Below are positions 12,001-16,329 of a DNA stretch of 64,000 nt, one piece after another. Below the pieces are notes generated by a model. It had not been told where the DNA came from. It saw only the letters and a list, made by a program, of their open reading frames with translations, and did not search any database. The position numbers and the translations under genes are program-made. Source of the DNA: an uncultured Enterobacterales bacterium (GTDB lineage: Bacteria > Myxococcota_A > UBA796 > CAJQPC01); contig CAZFLE010000005.1 of assembly GCA_964519895.1 (NCBI GenBank), forward strand, positions 16,417 through 80,416, read 5' to 3'. Each line of letters opens with the position of its first letter. Position 1 is the stretch's first letter.

Positions 12001-13949
12001 TCGGCGGCGGTGCCCACCCCGTCCCGGGCCGTGCTGTAGGCGGTCTGAACGCGGCCGATCGCGGCGGTGGCCTTGCCCTGCAGGTCCATGGCCTTGCCGG
12101 ACATCACGCTGTGCACGGTGCCAGCGAGCTCCTGGGCCTTGGCGATGGCCTCGCCCTGGAGGGTCTCGGCCCGGGTCCGGAGCTGACCGATGCCGGCCTG
12201 GATCAGGGCCTGGTGCTGCTCGGGGGACTGGCCCGTCTGGCGGGTGACGGCGTCGACCTGGTCTTGGTCCAGGTCGGGCATGCACATGGCGACTTCAGGG
12301 ATGCCGCCGACGGCCGGGGTCTCGTCGGGCTGGAGCGGTGGCGCACCCCCCCCGCCACCGCCGCCACCGGTGGCCGCGGGCTCGCCGCCGCCGCCCTCGC
12401 CGTCGGCAGCCGCGGGTTCTTCGGCACCCTCCTCGGCCTCGCCGCCTTCGGCGTCGGCTTCGCCTTCGCCCTCCTCCTCGGCGGGGGCTTCCTCGGCGGG
12501 CGGGGCCTCTTCCTCTTCCTTGTCCCCGGCGGCGTCGCTCTTGTCCTTGTCCTCCTTGTTCTCGGCCTTCTCGCCGTCCTTGTCCTCGCCTTCCTCTTCC
12601 TTGTCCTCGCCCTCGGACCCGGCCTTGGGCCCTTCCTCGACCTCCTCCTCGTCGGGGCCGACCTCGAGCTCCTGGCGGTGGATGCTCGTGCCGCCGCGCT
12701 CGTGCTGGGTCTGGGCTTGGGTAAACTCCGCGGCGTCGACTTCGACGGCGGTGGCCTGGGCCGTGAGGCTCGGCGCCGCGACCAAGCCGTGGCTCTCGGC
12801 GGCCTCGGCCTCGCGTTCCAGAGGGTCGCCGGGCATGGACACGACGACCTGGCCCGCCGCGGGCAGGGGAATGCGGCCCTCGTCGTGCTGGACCACGTGG
12901 GTGAGCTCGTGGGCGATGAGCGCGTCGCCGTCGGTGGTGCCGGGGCTGTAGGCCCCGTCCCGGAAGTAGATGTCCCGGCCGACGGTCAGGGCCCTGGCCC
13001 CGGCGATCTGGCAGGCCAGGGCAGCCGCCGAGCCGATGTGGATCTGGACCCCTCGGAGCTGGCGGCCCGGAGCCAGCCGGTCGACGACGTCCTGGGGAAG
13101 GCTGAGCCCGGCGCTCTGCCCCAGCACGGTGCGAAGGTGCTGGGGCATCTCCCGGTCCCCGGCCTGGTCCCGGCGGGCCATGGCCGCCACGCTGGCCCCG
13201 GACACCTGCTCAGCCAGGGCAGCGGTCGCCCCGGAGAGGCCTTCGTAGGGGGCCATGGCGGACTGGTGGAAGGCGATGTCGTCGGCCGACGGGAACCCCA
13301 CCCGATCCACGAGCTCGTCGAGGCCCGTGTCGGTGTGGAGGTCCTGGTGGAGCGCGAGCAGGTCGGCCCGGGCGGCGTCGGCCAGGTCCGGCTCGCCAGT
13401 CCACTGCTCCAGGTTGGTGAGGTGCTCGGCCACCGTGCGCAGGCCCTTGCCGACCATGACGGCGTGCAGGCTGTCTTCGATCACGTCGGCCGATGGCGGC
13501 GGGGGATGGGCCGGCAGCTGGCCGAGCAGGCGGCTCAAGATGGCGAGGCCCGCCGAGTCGACAGGGAGCCGAGCGGTGAGTCCCCACGCGTCGGAGGTTG
13601 CCGGCTCGCGGGTGCCGTTGAGCTCGGCCAGCTGCTCCCGCTCCCGCCAGGCGACCTCGTAGAGCGGGGTGACCATCTGCAGCCAGGAGCGGTCGGCCTG
13701 CCAGGGCAGGTAGGGGCCGATGTCGAACCCGGTGGCCTCGGCCACGTCGAGGAGGTGGGCCAGGTAGAGGTCCTCGGAGTCCCCGGGCCCCTCGACCCTC
13801 AGGCGGGCCAGGTGGCGATTTCCGAACCGCTGCTGCAGCGCGGCCACGGCCTCGAGACCCCTGTCGGGCGCACGCGCAACGGTGCCTTCGGACCCCGTCT
13901 CGGGGCCCTGGCCTTTGCGGCCTTTGCGCGCGCGGGGGAGATGTGCCAT
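1..13949 (-). CDS. Giant multidomain polymorphic-toxin-like protein, at least 4,649 aa; the 3' end lies beyond the left edge of the window
   Basis: ATG at 13949 ('MAHLPRARKGRKGQG..') has an in-frame TGA 8 codons upstream. Every minus-strand ORF in the track between 1 and 13949 lies in the other two frames, so this frame has no stop. Hand translation at 13949, 13140, 12960, 10760, 7560, 6720, 4500, 1020 and position 5 stays in one frame with GC3-rich codons and protein-like sequence. Domain evidence is listed in the sub-features. Confidence 0.88.
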   Translation of the reverse strand, partial: MAHLPRARKGRKGQGPETGSEGTVARAPDRGLEAVAALQQRFGNRHLARLRVEGPGDSEDLYLAHLLDVAEATGFDIGPYLPWQADRSWLQMVTPLYEVAWREREQLAELNGTREPATSDAWGLTARLPVDSAGLAILSRLLGQLPAHPPPPSADVIEDSLHAVMVGKGLRTVAEHLTNLEQWTGEPDLADAARADLLALHQDLHTDTGLDELVDRVGFPSADDIAFHQSAMAPYEGLSGATAALAEQVSGASVAAMARRDQAGDREMPQHLRTVLGQSAGLSLPQDVVDRLAPGRQLRGVQIHIGSAAALACQIAGARALTVGRDIYFRDGAYSPGTTDGDALIAHELTHVVQHDEGRIPLPAAGQVVVSMPGDPLEREAEAAESHGLVAAPSLTAQATAVEVDAAEFTQAQTQHERGGTSIHRQELEVGPDEEEVEEGPKAGSEGEDKEEEGEDKDGEKAENKEDKDKSDAAGDKEEEEAPPAEEAPAEEEGEGEADAEGGEAEEGAEEPAAADGEGGGGEPAATGGGGGGGGAPPLQPDETPAVGGIPEVAMCMPDLDQDQVDAVTRQTGQSPEQHQALIQAGIGQLRTRAETLQGEAIAKAQELAGTVHSVMSGKAMDLQGKATAAIGRVQTAYSTARDGVGTAADMATSQVDIDATAAEGQLQQGHADGLTKSQTTFDLGMGEVLGLGETWVEPFETVLKDKAPKFQAKATEKAATFKTRKRELAKEAFPDSGGDILERAKQEVRRETAAKALDEAAKDMGTKGGPAKAAEVTASKAIYQKKVDGLLKPLADQVMAVRDHTLGALDGSYSQATGQLATDRTSAETSIEDTRSTAITQLDEDETTAVGELQDISTQLETDMAEIADSVEAQLTTAAGTFTQSYRDFVQGISDSLPDQTFLTADDAQAYLTQQQDALGAFHRQNLADLQGSLDAAHVTIDGRVAGDLEKIEKIASDNETEADALMTEKAKGIEDASLAFGESMVLVGGAVDQAMKDYVAPVQEDMTAYKAKCVTDLGVLKTETETALDAQVTAYGGQLDAIMTKFPTTVAPKAEQAASGLRKDLVKRADSCYDAMSGMGTDENKLFNALRPMTFLKGKALEMIWTDLFPRDSSLRSWLDDDLSGDELKVAKQYLIGNRAEGARLELETNMRWYGDDEAQIEAVLRDLNEDDRNAMKKLGDWSATEARLKDNLGGTDLNVTESLLVGNTRRADAYRLRDKIEKARRSGKPDDLTDALRGVEPEQLAELQREFAHIENKGAAGATTTQPIDQGAAQAQFVDFITKDREVHNPHGGHHGGQPQTITRKLEGPNKDLAVALATEGRDSTAAQVHAFEVERTRKGGPDMKRMETALYGNAQLQERLHSPDEKVRQAAQDEQRKRNDAFQAQYEKDYERSTGDAVKTMFPGGDDKSGVGRDLVTNMMTDGTNTARVAADQIRLATDRGGTDEDAIKRALTGMRPEEVEALRGIFATKHAQAYGLEAGDTDALDAALGVNNRKTGKDHSGWGSELSGDERREVEELLLGDPKYMTLDQRLELARLQNEWVVGDESTGAGDVLMTAAEFYGITGNERANLATHMAELERLVRACKVPGSKPDSVYKADGKFNGTKEQEERFLILCDYVGISAENYRAAQDRLANILTTAAAALIAIVATVLSGGTLGPAAAMWVAGITGLTSMGINYAVKGGRYGWEQAVADLGNTAASVVTAGVGARFQAAGGLFGKGASRGKKILGEGIVAFGTGALEGGVETGLKDKTWDKGVGEGLLNVGGGALRKGTTSSVTAMTSEAINTSAWGEAWSDEKSPLWKQAVASGASGGGGELAGSTTNVLIDVATGKPVDPETAFQQVATATINATVTSVLEKLAEGWQQRVKTKETEVSAANTAGSDAEQNLQVTEADVEAAAPSAAEVKAELQAGGVDTAPNSATDVDGVMNEAAKQGGTATVTETGDGSLVTTDGGSALVAGDGSGHGKSGGTEVGETGSMNDAVAIGGDGSMAVVKGDKELIKTADGDVALREGGEVTVNTTGGDETPDLVTNGASDQTPDSGPDTDGQGVTPDQLQSLQDHFDGKNQSEQPSMATVYVQGEKVTLPASEYGDATRVQAAHRPGESLQETAARLGLDPSHYPSHPIGDSADAKDLSEPLSDVDVLDQQAREHILEGDRTGGGHENGRMVYDKTEFPNTWTDVDIVNRVSDIVTDPKAEASPNNSPNLYNKNGDPNRHVFWGERDGVRIRVVYEPATGRVVSAFPESFRKTGTSELQDVPRNPNPHPDGYGEQRDREVPRESSAPTDDTVPETAPEITPGPTSEPTTDTSADTPLTPAQQLDRAWNGPSDEPNITTLTLEGPDGKFTVPASKHDEAVRVRDAHQVGESLQDTARRLGVDPTPYPAKKQAVPETESLTGNAAVSKSVADDIAGRDRTQSTDDLDALYGDAAVADVMLHDATDAISAATGGEAMYPPGLKGRERATEKMDTEYGGDASQLTDLSRSSIQYDSMDALYKGLESIHGQFEIVRMKDRFENPAPGGYRDMLLNVRMPNGHVVELQLHLREILEVKGGRGHEIYEETRSLQAQATREGRELTDSEQARIDALNAESEELYGGAFERANTPQEVKAPEQPDALKQDEATATTNEPAPKLTRTVEETPAPVQATTTDAPAADSSPVSTDTPKTERSTATGDESSNQADAALLARGGAAGFKVVGKAVVKALNAPAPPVAPEAAKAEGPKEEAPKDEEEEEEEGEGEGEVTEEDAKEDDASKAEDKKKSTEDIDKLAKEGGTKTGDAPSTTSEEKEEETAAKDEPPTLEELERLRDDLQWELDDIAYQLGELGYDVDEVQVKIDDVEKKISRNKTELDKRKAQLEKLSAVAKKKNRKPKPPDKDTRLKGLQAKSKRFPKDLGKEKKIRTELQEDMEPLQESQTEKQEELDAILAQIQDKQPKGGGGGGPTLPVAEIQTSKKVAEALPKKGEKIAKDVTKKEADLSKLVDKQLKKLPVESQESMKKVSTLKAELTTTQIGVGSKNRAIGTRKQALNRDYLAKKKAFDDKHEGATDPGPPPNLDTDSEVVSLSASLATLQKREGELPTEIAAAELASGLTAKQLEAHRAALKPMEDKVKEAKKKKDIFDSAVGDMQMAGGCPAPVLQAYCTLLDINYASMVVYIPAGKKEGPDGEFIDIVIKDPADEEKTDDQKKDETDLKDLSEKGAETTGEKKVSDDKKAEDTAAEETKTDEQKKQEKEEEQASAVMGMYETIPNKAEREKAIAAYGQKQKPKISKADLLKVWDEKTTVKGADGQQKANVSPAMEKLNERWHRMNEDREAAVRAFQVKDKDGKVNMDVDACREKMFELAKQRDMKPSEFMRNLNFVSKEDLDKLPDDVKKLAKAAHDSEGDHGVFRTFGDKAPTDDEKKAFSKKIIDAEAKVKGATELAEANKDKGWDYETAKNRIEAYKAKGYTAEQAVQLMSMPIKPNAPTALTPDQKAILDKGGDEAMKLAKEIGNPDLISGHALATDLDATGTFQGGVVGNKALKDETERIAKIEDPKERAMAMFDLAGSTGQSMGTLWRGTDNYKKKAASFPAAQKVLLDTTISEADRQKKLDAIAEQHDLDPGKLKEAVEADIAKTEQSLDTALKSAKKGDPTLAKKIEQLKSNKGKDGKPLSPDDVEALLRVINSKTGIDIDTLRGVNGKVAFKQEMDARQEAVLGKKSKAATRAEEHLNELKEDHPALAKDIDRLLKNDPPLTPEEKEDLRKKIVSVEQQDVFGGIGWGMDASRAFETLDQEDEDREEKKRLFEQETGKPYSPEAASDYVVETCKLAGIPPSAKGLVEWIETAPRSAMMDQPLLAMMKDERTKESDYVETDPDRIAELEHTDPIAYRRAKRWQKKSKALTGAMNKKDPSEKDIKDAFDDMTRAQIRALLTANPPVTLADGRSIAAVLDQYIAEHTDDGKIEDGWGSVASDLGKARQKSKEDTARVARMQDKDTRNMAADAVKRVGAVRAAAKALSTPEKPVSALEANEHMKAIQAQLAADGEKASAADALAFLTDAKAAGKDPNEALNDLYQPKQDDEGNPVVSAAMKQRLKNLEKLPPEERLKILQELQGRTGLSAEDLKKAWSEVRTENAIVKQVHKIRQLPEAKQLEALKDLAMLQLGASELEGLKGDALKEALKKYADKLNGAYDNRMAAIKAQLPPSAQIYKPGSSGTKADVDKQVKFYAGAAGIDADEMRMLVEEERRVGVKAELENVVGKEEYKKLAAEAHAQGMSPEAYAEHLARSPAGVLKDDKFALAMKKKMGVGRHDGYQIKWSAEEKAEMGRLGLVCDKNSDAYKKKKQGMLDKLDDGNDDAILAHFSSLTPAEKQQLLKDIPTLRDKFESALQCGDETSGLKMVDAIDTSEDLTQSMLAADVTSERYASNSKKLFDQLKKGDDADEDKIAEAFAAMSRSERAAFVVEYRAAQTHAMKAHGTGATDGNLPQNLDTFLTEPEHVDMLNEANTLAMGKTTQKGTDKAHKIQEDGKAIKAATAKTGMDPLVARSWLEGMSKDGGFSSIHQLWHFMETGELKKDDNRSAGAKGFADAVAKEVDKKRREDAESWFSWGDTKDYDKPGAVNKDDKVGGHTRNPERISDLTSKISSNGDSDEIAALVQGCNPRELAEVQKELA
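6280..6680 (-). other. RelA/SpoT-homologue (RSH, alarmone-synthetase-like nucleotidyltransferase) toxin-type domain
   Basis: Base-by-base translation gives 'PGLKGRERATEKMDTEYGGDASQLTDLSRSSIQYDSMDALYKGLESIHGQFEIVRMKDRFENPAPGGYRDMLLNVRMPNGHVVELQLHLREILEVKGGRGHEIYEETR'. It follows the RelA_SpoT order: basic 'K.R....K', 'D...R..i', 'kD....P...GYR.l...v', 'vElQl', 'H.iYe..R'. Confidence 0.7.
6792..6950 (-). repeat. Pre-toxin module copy 2 (LysM-like), immediately N-terminal to the RelA/SpoT-like domain
   Basis: 'TTLTLEGPDGKFTVPASKHDEAVRVRDAHQVGESLQDTARRLGVDPTPYP', a paralogous duplicate of 7566-7722. Confidence 0.6.
7195..7500 (-). other. EndoU-like (bacterial EndoU nuclease family) toxin domain
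   Basis: Base-by-base translation gives 'EHILEGDRTGGGHENGRMVYDKTEFPNTWTDVDIVNRVSDIVTDPKAEASPNNSPNLYNKNGDPNRHVFWGERDGVRIRVVYEPATGRVVSAFPESF'. It matches the EndoU_bacteria pattern: 'H.l.G.....GGH', 'FP..Ws...i...i..v..dP', 'G..i.VV.....G.ivtAfP'. Confidence 0.75.
7566..7722 (-). repeat. Pre-toxin module copy 1 (LysM-like, ~55 aa), immediately N-terminal to the EndoU domain
   Basis: 'ATVYVQGEKVTLPASEYGDATRVQAAHRPGESLQETAARLGLDPSHYP' aligns with copy 2 ('PAS', 'RV..AH..GESLQ.TA.RLG.DP..YP'). The 'GESLQETAARLGLDP' core resembles the LysM 'GDTL..IA..yGv' core. Confidence 0.6.
8690..9045 (-). other. Hydrophobic transmembrane / glycine-zipper segment of the giant protein
   Basis: 'LANILTTAAAALIAIVATVLSGGTLGPAAAMWVAGITGLTSMGINYAV', then 'LGNTAASVVTAGVGARFQAAGGLFG' and 'GEGIVAFGTGALEGGVETG'. 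These are the only strongly hydrophobic stretches in the protein. Confidence 0.65.
9540..10745 (-). other. Annexin-type helical repeats (several copies)
   Basis: 'ADSCYDAMSGMGTDENKLFNALRPM' (10745-10670) and 'RLATDRGGTDEDAIKRALTGMRPEEVEALRGIF' (about 9640-9540) carry the annexin endonexin signature G-x-G-T-[DE]-E-x-x-[LI]. Degenerate copies lie between them ('WYGDDEAQIEAVLRDLNEDDRNAM', 'LTDALRGVEPEQLAELQREF'). Confidence 0.55.
10760..12300 (-). other. Long Ala/Gln/Thr/Asp-rich predicted alpha-helical region (apolipoprotein-like or coiled-coil-like)
   Basis: The translation has almost no Pro or Gly breaks and amphipathic periodicity (e.g. 'AKAQELAGTVHSVMSGKAMDLQGKATAAIGRVQTAYSTARDG..'). No specific family recognised. 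Confidence 0.5.
12335..12680 (-). other. Acidic Glu/Asp/Gly/Lys low-complexity linker in the giant protein
   Basis: Translated 'EVGPDEEEVEEGPKAGSEGEDKEEEGEDKDGEKAENKEDKDKSDAAGDKEEEEAPPAEE..GGGGGGGAPP'. Confidence 0.8.
12870..13100 (-). other. DUF4157-type metallopeptidase-like domain (HExxH) in the giant protein, about aa 285-360
   Basis: Translated 'LRGVQIHIGSAAALACQIAGARALTVGRDIYFRDGAYSPGTTDGDALIAHELTHVVQHDEG'. This matches the DUF4157 pattern ('VRvH.G..A......A.AfT.G.dI.F..g.Y.P.t..G..LlAHELaHVvQ'). The HELTH codons are at 12911-12897. Confidence 0.8.
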
Positions 13950-13973
13950 GGGCAGGAGGCTCTGGCGGAATCA

Positions 13974-14029
13974 TAGGGTTCACCGGCACTCTGCGCACCT
14001 GGTTTCTCCCCCGTCATCGGGTAGGGTTC
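13974..14029. promoter_or_regulatory. Divergent promoter spacer with an 8-bp direct repeat TAGGGTTC (13974-13981 and 14022-14029)
   Basis: The 85-bp spacer lies between the giant gene start (13949, minus) and ATG 14035 (plus). 'TAGGGT' fits a TAnnnT -10 hexamer, and the second copy ends 6 nt before ATG 14035. On the minus strand, 'TATGAT' (complement of 13971-13976) lies about 20 nt upstream of ATG 13949. Confidence 0.3.
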
Positions 14030-14034
14030 GCCCG

Positions 14035-15522
14035 ATGCTGCACGCACGCTCCGAGCTCGAGGTCGCTGGATGGCTGCTGCTCCACGAGGCCGATGTGCAG
14101 CGCACCGTGCGACAGGAGGAAGGGGAACACACGCGGATCGTCCACCACTGCCAGGCGGGGCCCGACGACCCGCCCGTGACCCACGCGTTCCTCATCCCGA
14201 ACGGAACGCCCCCGGACCACTGGGGCGTGCTGACGTCGGCGGAGTGGCTGGCCCTGGCAGACAGGATGTTGACAGCCATCCCGCGGTCCCCGGCAGGCCT
14301 GATCCGGCCGGTGCTGGACGCATGCTGCGAAGAACTCGACGTCGCGCTGAGGTGCTGCCACGAGGCGGCGCGGATCCGACCCCCGCTCTCGGCCCGAGCG
14401 AACGGGATCCGGGCGGCGTCGGCGGTGTTCCGCTCCGTGCGCCCCTTTGCGCCCCGACCCAGACCTCTGGCGGAGCTACCCGAGGTCCTGGTCGCCGCGC
14501 GGCTTGCGCCAGACGCAGCCGAGCGCGCACGCACCGCGGCCCCCATCTCGATGGAGGCGCTGCACGGGGGGGCTCTGGGGCCCTGGGGCTTCGTCGGGCG
14601 GATCCAGGACCCGGTGCCAGCGGCGCTCTACCGCCACGCCTCCGGCGCCGTCCTCCAGGCCGAGGTGGTGGGCGACACCGCCGTCGCCATCCAGCTGTGG
14701 GAAGGCCGCGAGGCCCTGGACGCGCAGCTGGCGCACGCCTTTCGCCTGCCCGCGAGCGTGGTGCGGGACCTGGACCGGGGGCTCAGGCCCGGCGCGACGC
14801 GACCGGAAATGGTGGCCCGGCTCCTGGGGCCCCACGACGTGCTCACGCCGCTCTTCGGGGTCGTCACGGGGGATCAGGAGCTGCGCTTCTTGCGGCTCGA
14901 GACCCGGGGGGTGGTGCACCGCACCGTCGTGCTGTGCCTGATCCTGACCGGCGGGGTCGTCACGGGCTTCCGGGTGCTCCAGGGGCGTGTGGCCCTGGAG
15001 CAGCTGGTCCTGATCTCGGAGACGGCGCACCTGTTCGGCGGGCCGGGGGATGGCCCTACCGTCGGGCCCGCTGACGCCCAGACCAGCATCGACACCATCG
15101 CCCAGGCCCTGGCCCCGCTGCTGTCCGGCATTCGGCGGGGCGAGGTGGACATCCGGACCCTCCAGCCCCGGCCGGGAGACGCCGGCCGGGTGTTCCGAGG
15201 GGTGGACCTGGAGCGGATCCAGCGGACCTATGACGGGCTGTGGCAGGCCGATCCCCCCCGGCTCTCGGCCGCGGCCGACCAGACCGAGCTGGTGGTCCAC
15301 GTCTCCACGGGCGGTGCCCTGGGGTCGGGCCACGAGCTCTCCCATGGCTTCTCGGAGCACTACCAGTCCATCGCCCCCCACCTGGTGCCCGAGCGCACCT
15401 GGGTCGCGTGGAGCTTCCGGCGGCCAGGAGAAGAACGCGGGCGACGCTTCGAAGGGCTGGTGTGGGTCGGGGACCACTGGGCGTGGTTCCCCAAGGCGTG
15501 GCGGGTGGTGTCGGGGGGGTAG
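14035..15522 (+). CDS. Hypothetical protein (495 aa), divergent neighbour of the giant toxin gene
   Basis: GC3-rich ORF. I chose ATG 14035 ('MLHARSELEVAGWLLLHE..') because the track start 13882 would overlap the toxin gene start and encodes Arg/Pro-rich sequence. Nearly Lys-free; no family recognised. Confidence 0.6.
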   Translation: MLHARSELEVAGWLLLHEADVQRTVRQEEGEHTRIVHHCQAGPDDPPVTHAFLIPNGTPPDHWGVLTSAEWLALADRMLTAIPRSPAGLIRPVLDACCEELDVALRCCHEAARIRPPLSARANGIRAASAVFRSVRPFAPRPRPLAELPEVLVAARLAPDAAERARTAAPISMEALHGGALGPWGFVGRIQDPVPAALYRHASGAVLQAEVVGDTAVAIQLWEGREALDAQLAHAFRLPASVVRDLDRGLRPGATRPEMVARLLGPHDVLTPLFGVVTGDQELRFLRLETRGVVHRTVVLCLILTGGVVTGFRVLQGRVALEQLVLISETAHLFGGPGDGPTVGPADAQTSIDTIAQALAPLLSGIRRGEVDIRTLQPRPGDAGRVFRGVDLERIQRTYDGLWQADPPRLSAAADQTELVVHVSTGGALGSGHELSHGFSEHYQSIAPHLVPERTWVAWSFRRPGEERGRRFEGLVWVGDHWAWFPKAWRVVSGG

Positions 15523-15525
15523 CCG

Positions 15526-15726
15526 GACAGACAGAGGACTCCAACGCCGCACCTGCTGCAGACAGAGGGGTCGAGTGCCGGTACAGGGAGGCCACAGAGC
15601 CCTCTGAAGGCGTCAATGGGCCCTGGTGACGCGGTCTCCTGCGCTTGGAGCGCCTGCCGGGCGGTGAGCCCCCGACACCCGACCCCTCTGTCTGCAGTGA
15701 CTGCGGCGTTCGACCCGGCTGTCTGC
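15526..15726. repeat. Nested palindromic intergenic element, copy 1, between convergent genes
   Basis: The inner 18-bp inverted repeat is perfect: CTGCAGACAGAGGGGTCG (15556-15573) with CGACCCCTCTGTCTGCAG (15680-15697). The outer arms are imperfect (15526-15551 with 15702-15726, sharing AACGCCGCA/TGCGGCGTT). It shares the 11-mers AGAGGGGTCGA and GCGTTCGACCC with the element at 39107-39286. Confidence 0.7.
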
Positions 15727-15728
15727 GC

Positions 15729-16325
15729 TCACCCGACCCTTGCCCACACCAGACAGTGGTTGTTCGCCGGCATCGCCACGACCTCTTGCAGCGCCAGCCC
15801 GTGCAGCGCCGCCAGGGCGATCACGTCCACGAGGTCCCGGACCCCCCAGCGGGGGTCACGCTGCTGGAGCGAGCGATCGAAGCGGACGTTGCTGTCCGAC
15901 GTCCACACACCCGCGAAGCGAAACGGCCCATAGAGTACGAACACACCGCCTGGCGCCAGCACGCGCGCCAGCCCCGCGAACAGCCCCTGGGCGCTCTCCC
16001 AGGGCGAGATGTGGATCATGTTGCAGCACACCGCGCCGTCCACGACCCCGACCCCCCAGTCGGTGTCGCAGGTGTCCAGTCGCACCGGCGCCAGCAGGTT
16101 CGGCGCAGCCACGGTGTCCCGCCAGGCGGCGATGCTGGCCAGGGCGTCGGGGTCCCGGTCGGTGGGCTGCCACGCCAGCCCGGGCAGCCGCGGGGCCCAC
16201 CAGGCGCTGTGCATGCCCGTGCCCGCCGAGAACTCCAACACCCGCCCCCTCGCCGGCAACACCCGCCGCAGCACGGCCAGGATCGGGTCGCGGTTCCGCT
16301 CACAGGCGGGCGAGTAGCGCTTCAC
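15729..16325 (-). CDS. DUF938-family class I SAM-dependent methyltransferase (198 aa)
   Basis: 'KRYSPACERNRDPILAVLRRVLPARGRVLEFSAGTGMHS..' matches DUF938. GTG 16325 lies 4 nt after the upstream stop (16330-16332). ATG 16400 is a possible alternative but would overlap the upstream gene by 71 nt. Confidence 0.75.
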   Translation of the reverse strand: MKRYSPACERNRDPILAVLRRVLPARGRVLEFSAGTGMHSAWWAPRLPGLAWQPTDRDPDALASIAAWRDTVAAPNLLAPVRLDTCDTDWGVGVVDGAVCCNMIHISPWESAQGLFAGLARVLAPGGVFVLYGPFRFAGVWTSDSNVRFDRSLQQRDPRWGVRDLVDVIALAALHGLALQEVVAMPANNHCLVWARVG

Positions 16326-16329
16326 CGGC

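Noticed and set aside
1-13949. Interpreting the giant ORF as a pseudogene or a fusion of several genes
   Set aside because: There is no in-frame stop or frame change across 13.9 kb. Codon bias is uniform and domains follow one another without intergenic-like spacers.
9855-13976. 1,373-aa plus-strand ORF, together with 132..1376, 1593..3461, 3813..4688, 6279..7037 and 7146..9551
   Set aside because: The translations are Gly/Leu/Val/Arg/Ala-rich with no motifs and lie antisense to the coherent minus-strand giant ORF. These are typical shadow ORFs of high-GC coding DNA.
13882-14034. Upstream start (13882) for the 14035 gene, and start 52249 for the MFS gene
   Set aside because: Both extensions overlap the divergent neighbour's start or the promoter spacer and encode Pro/Arg-rich or AT-island-derived sequence. 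The first plausible starts are ATG 14035 and GTG 52441.
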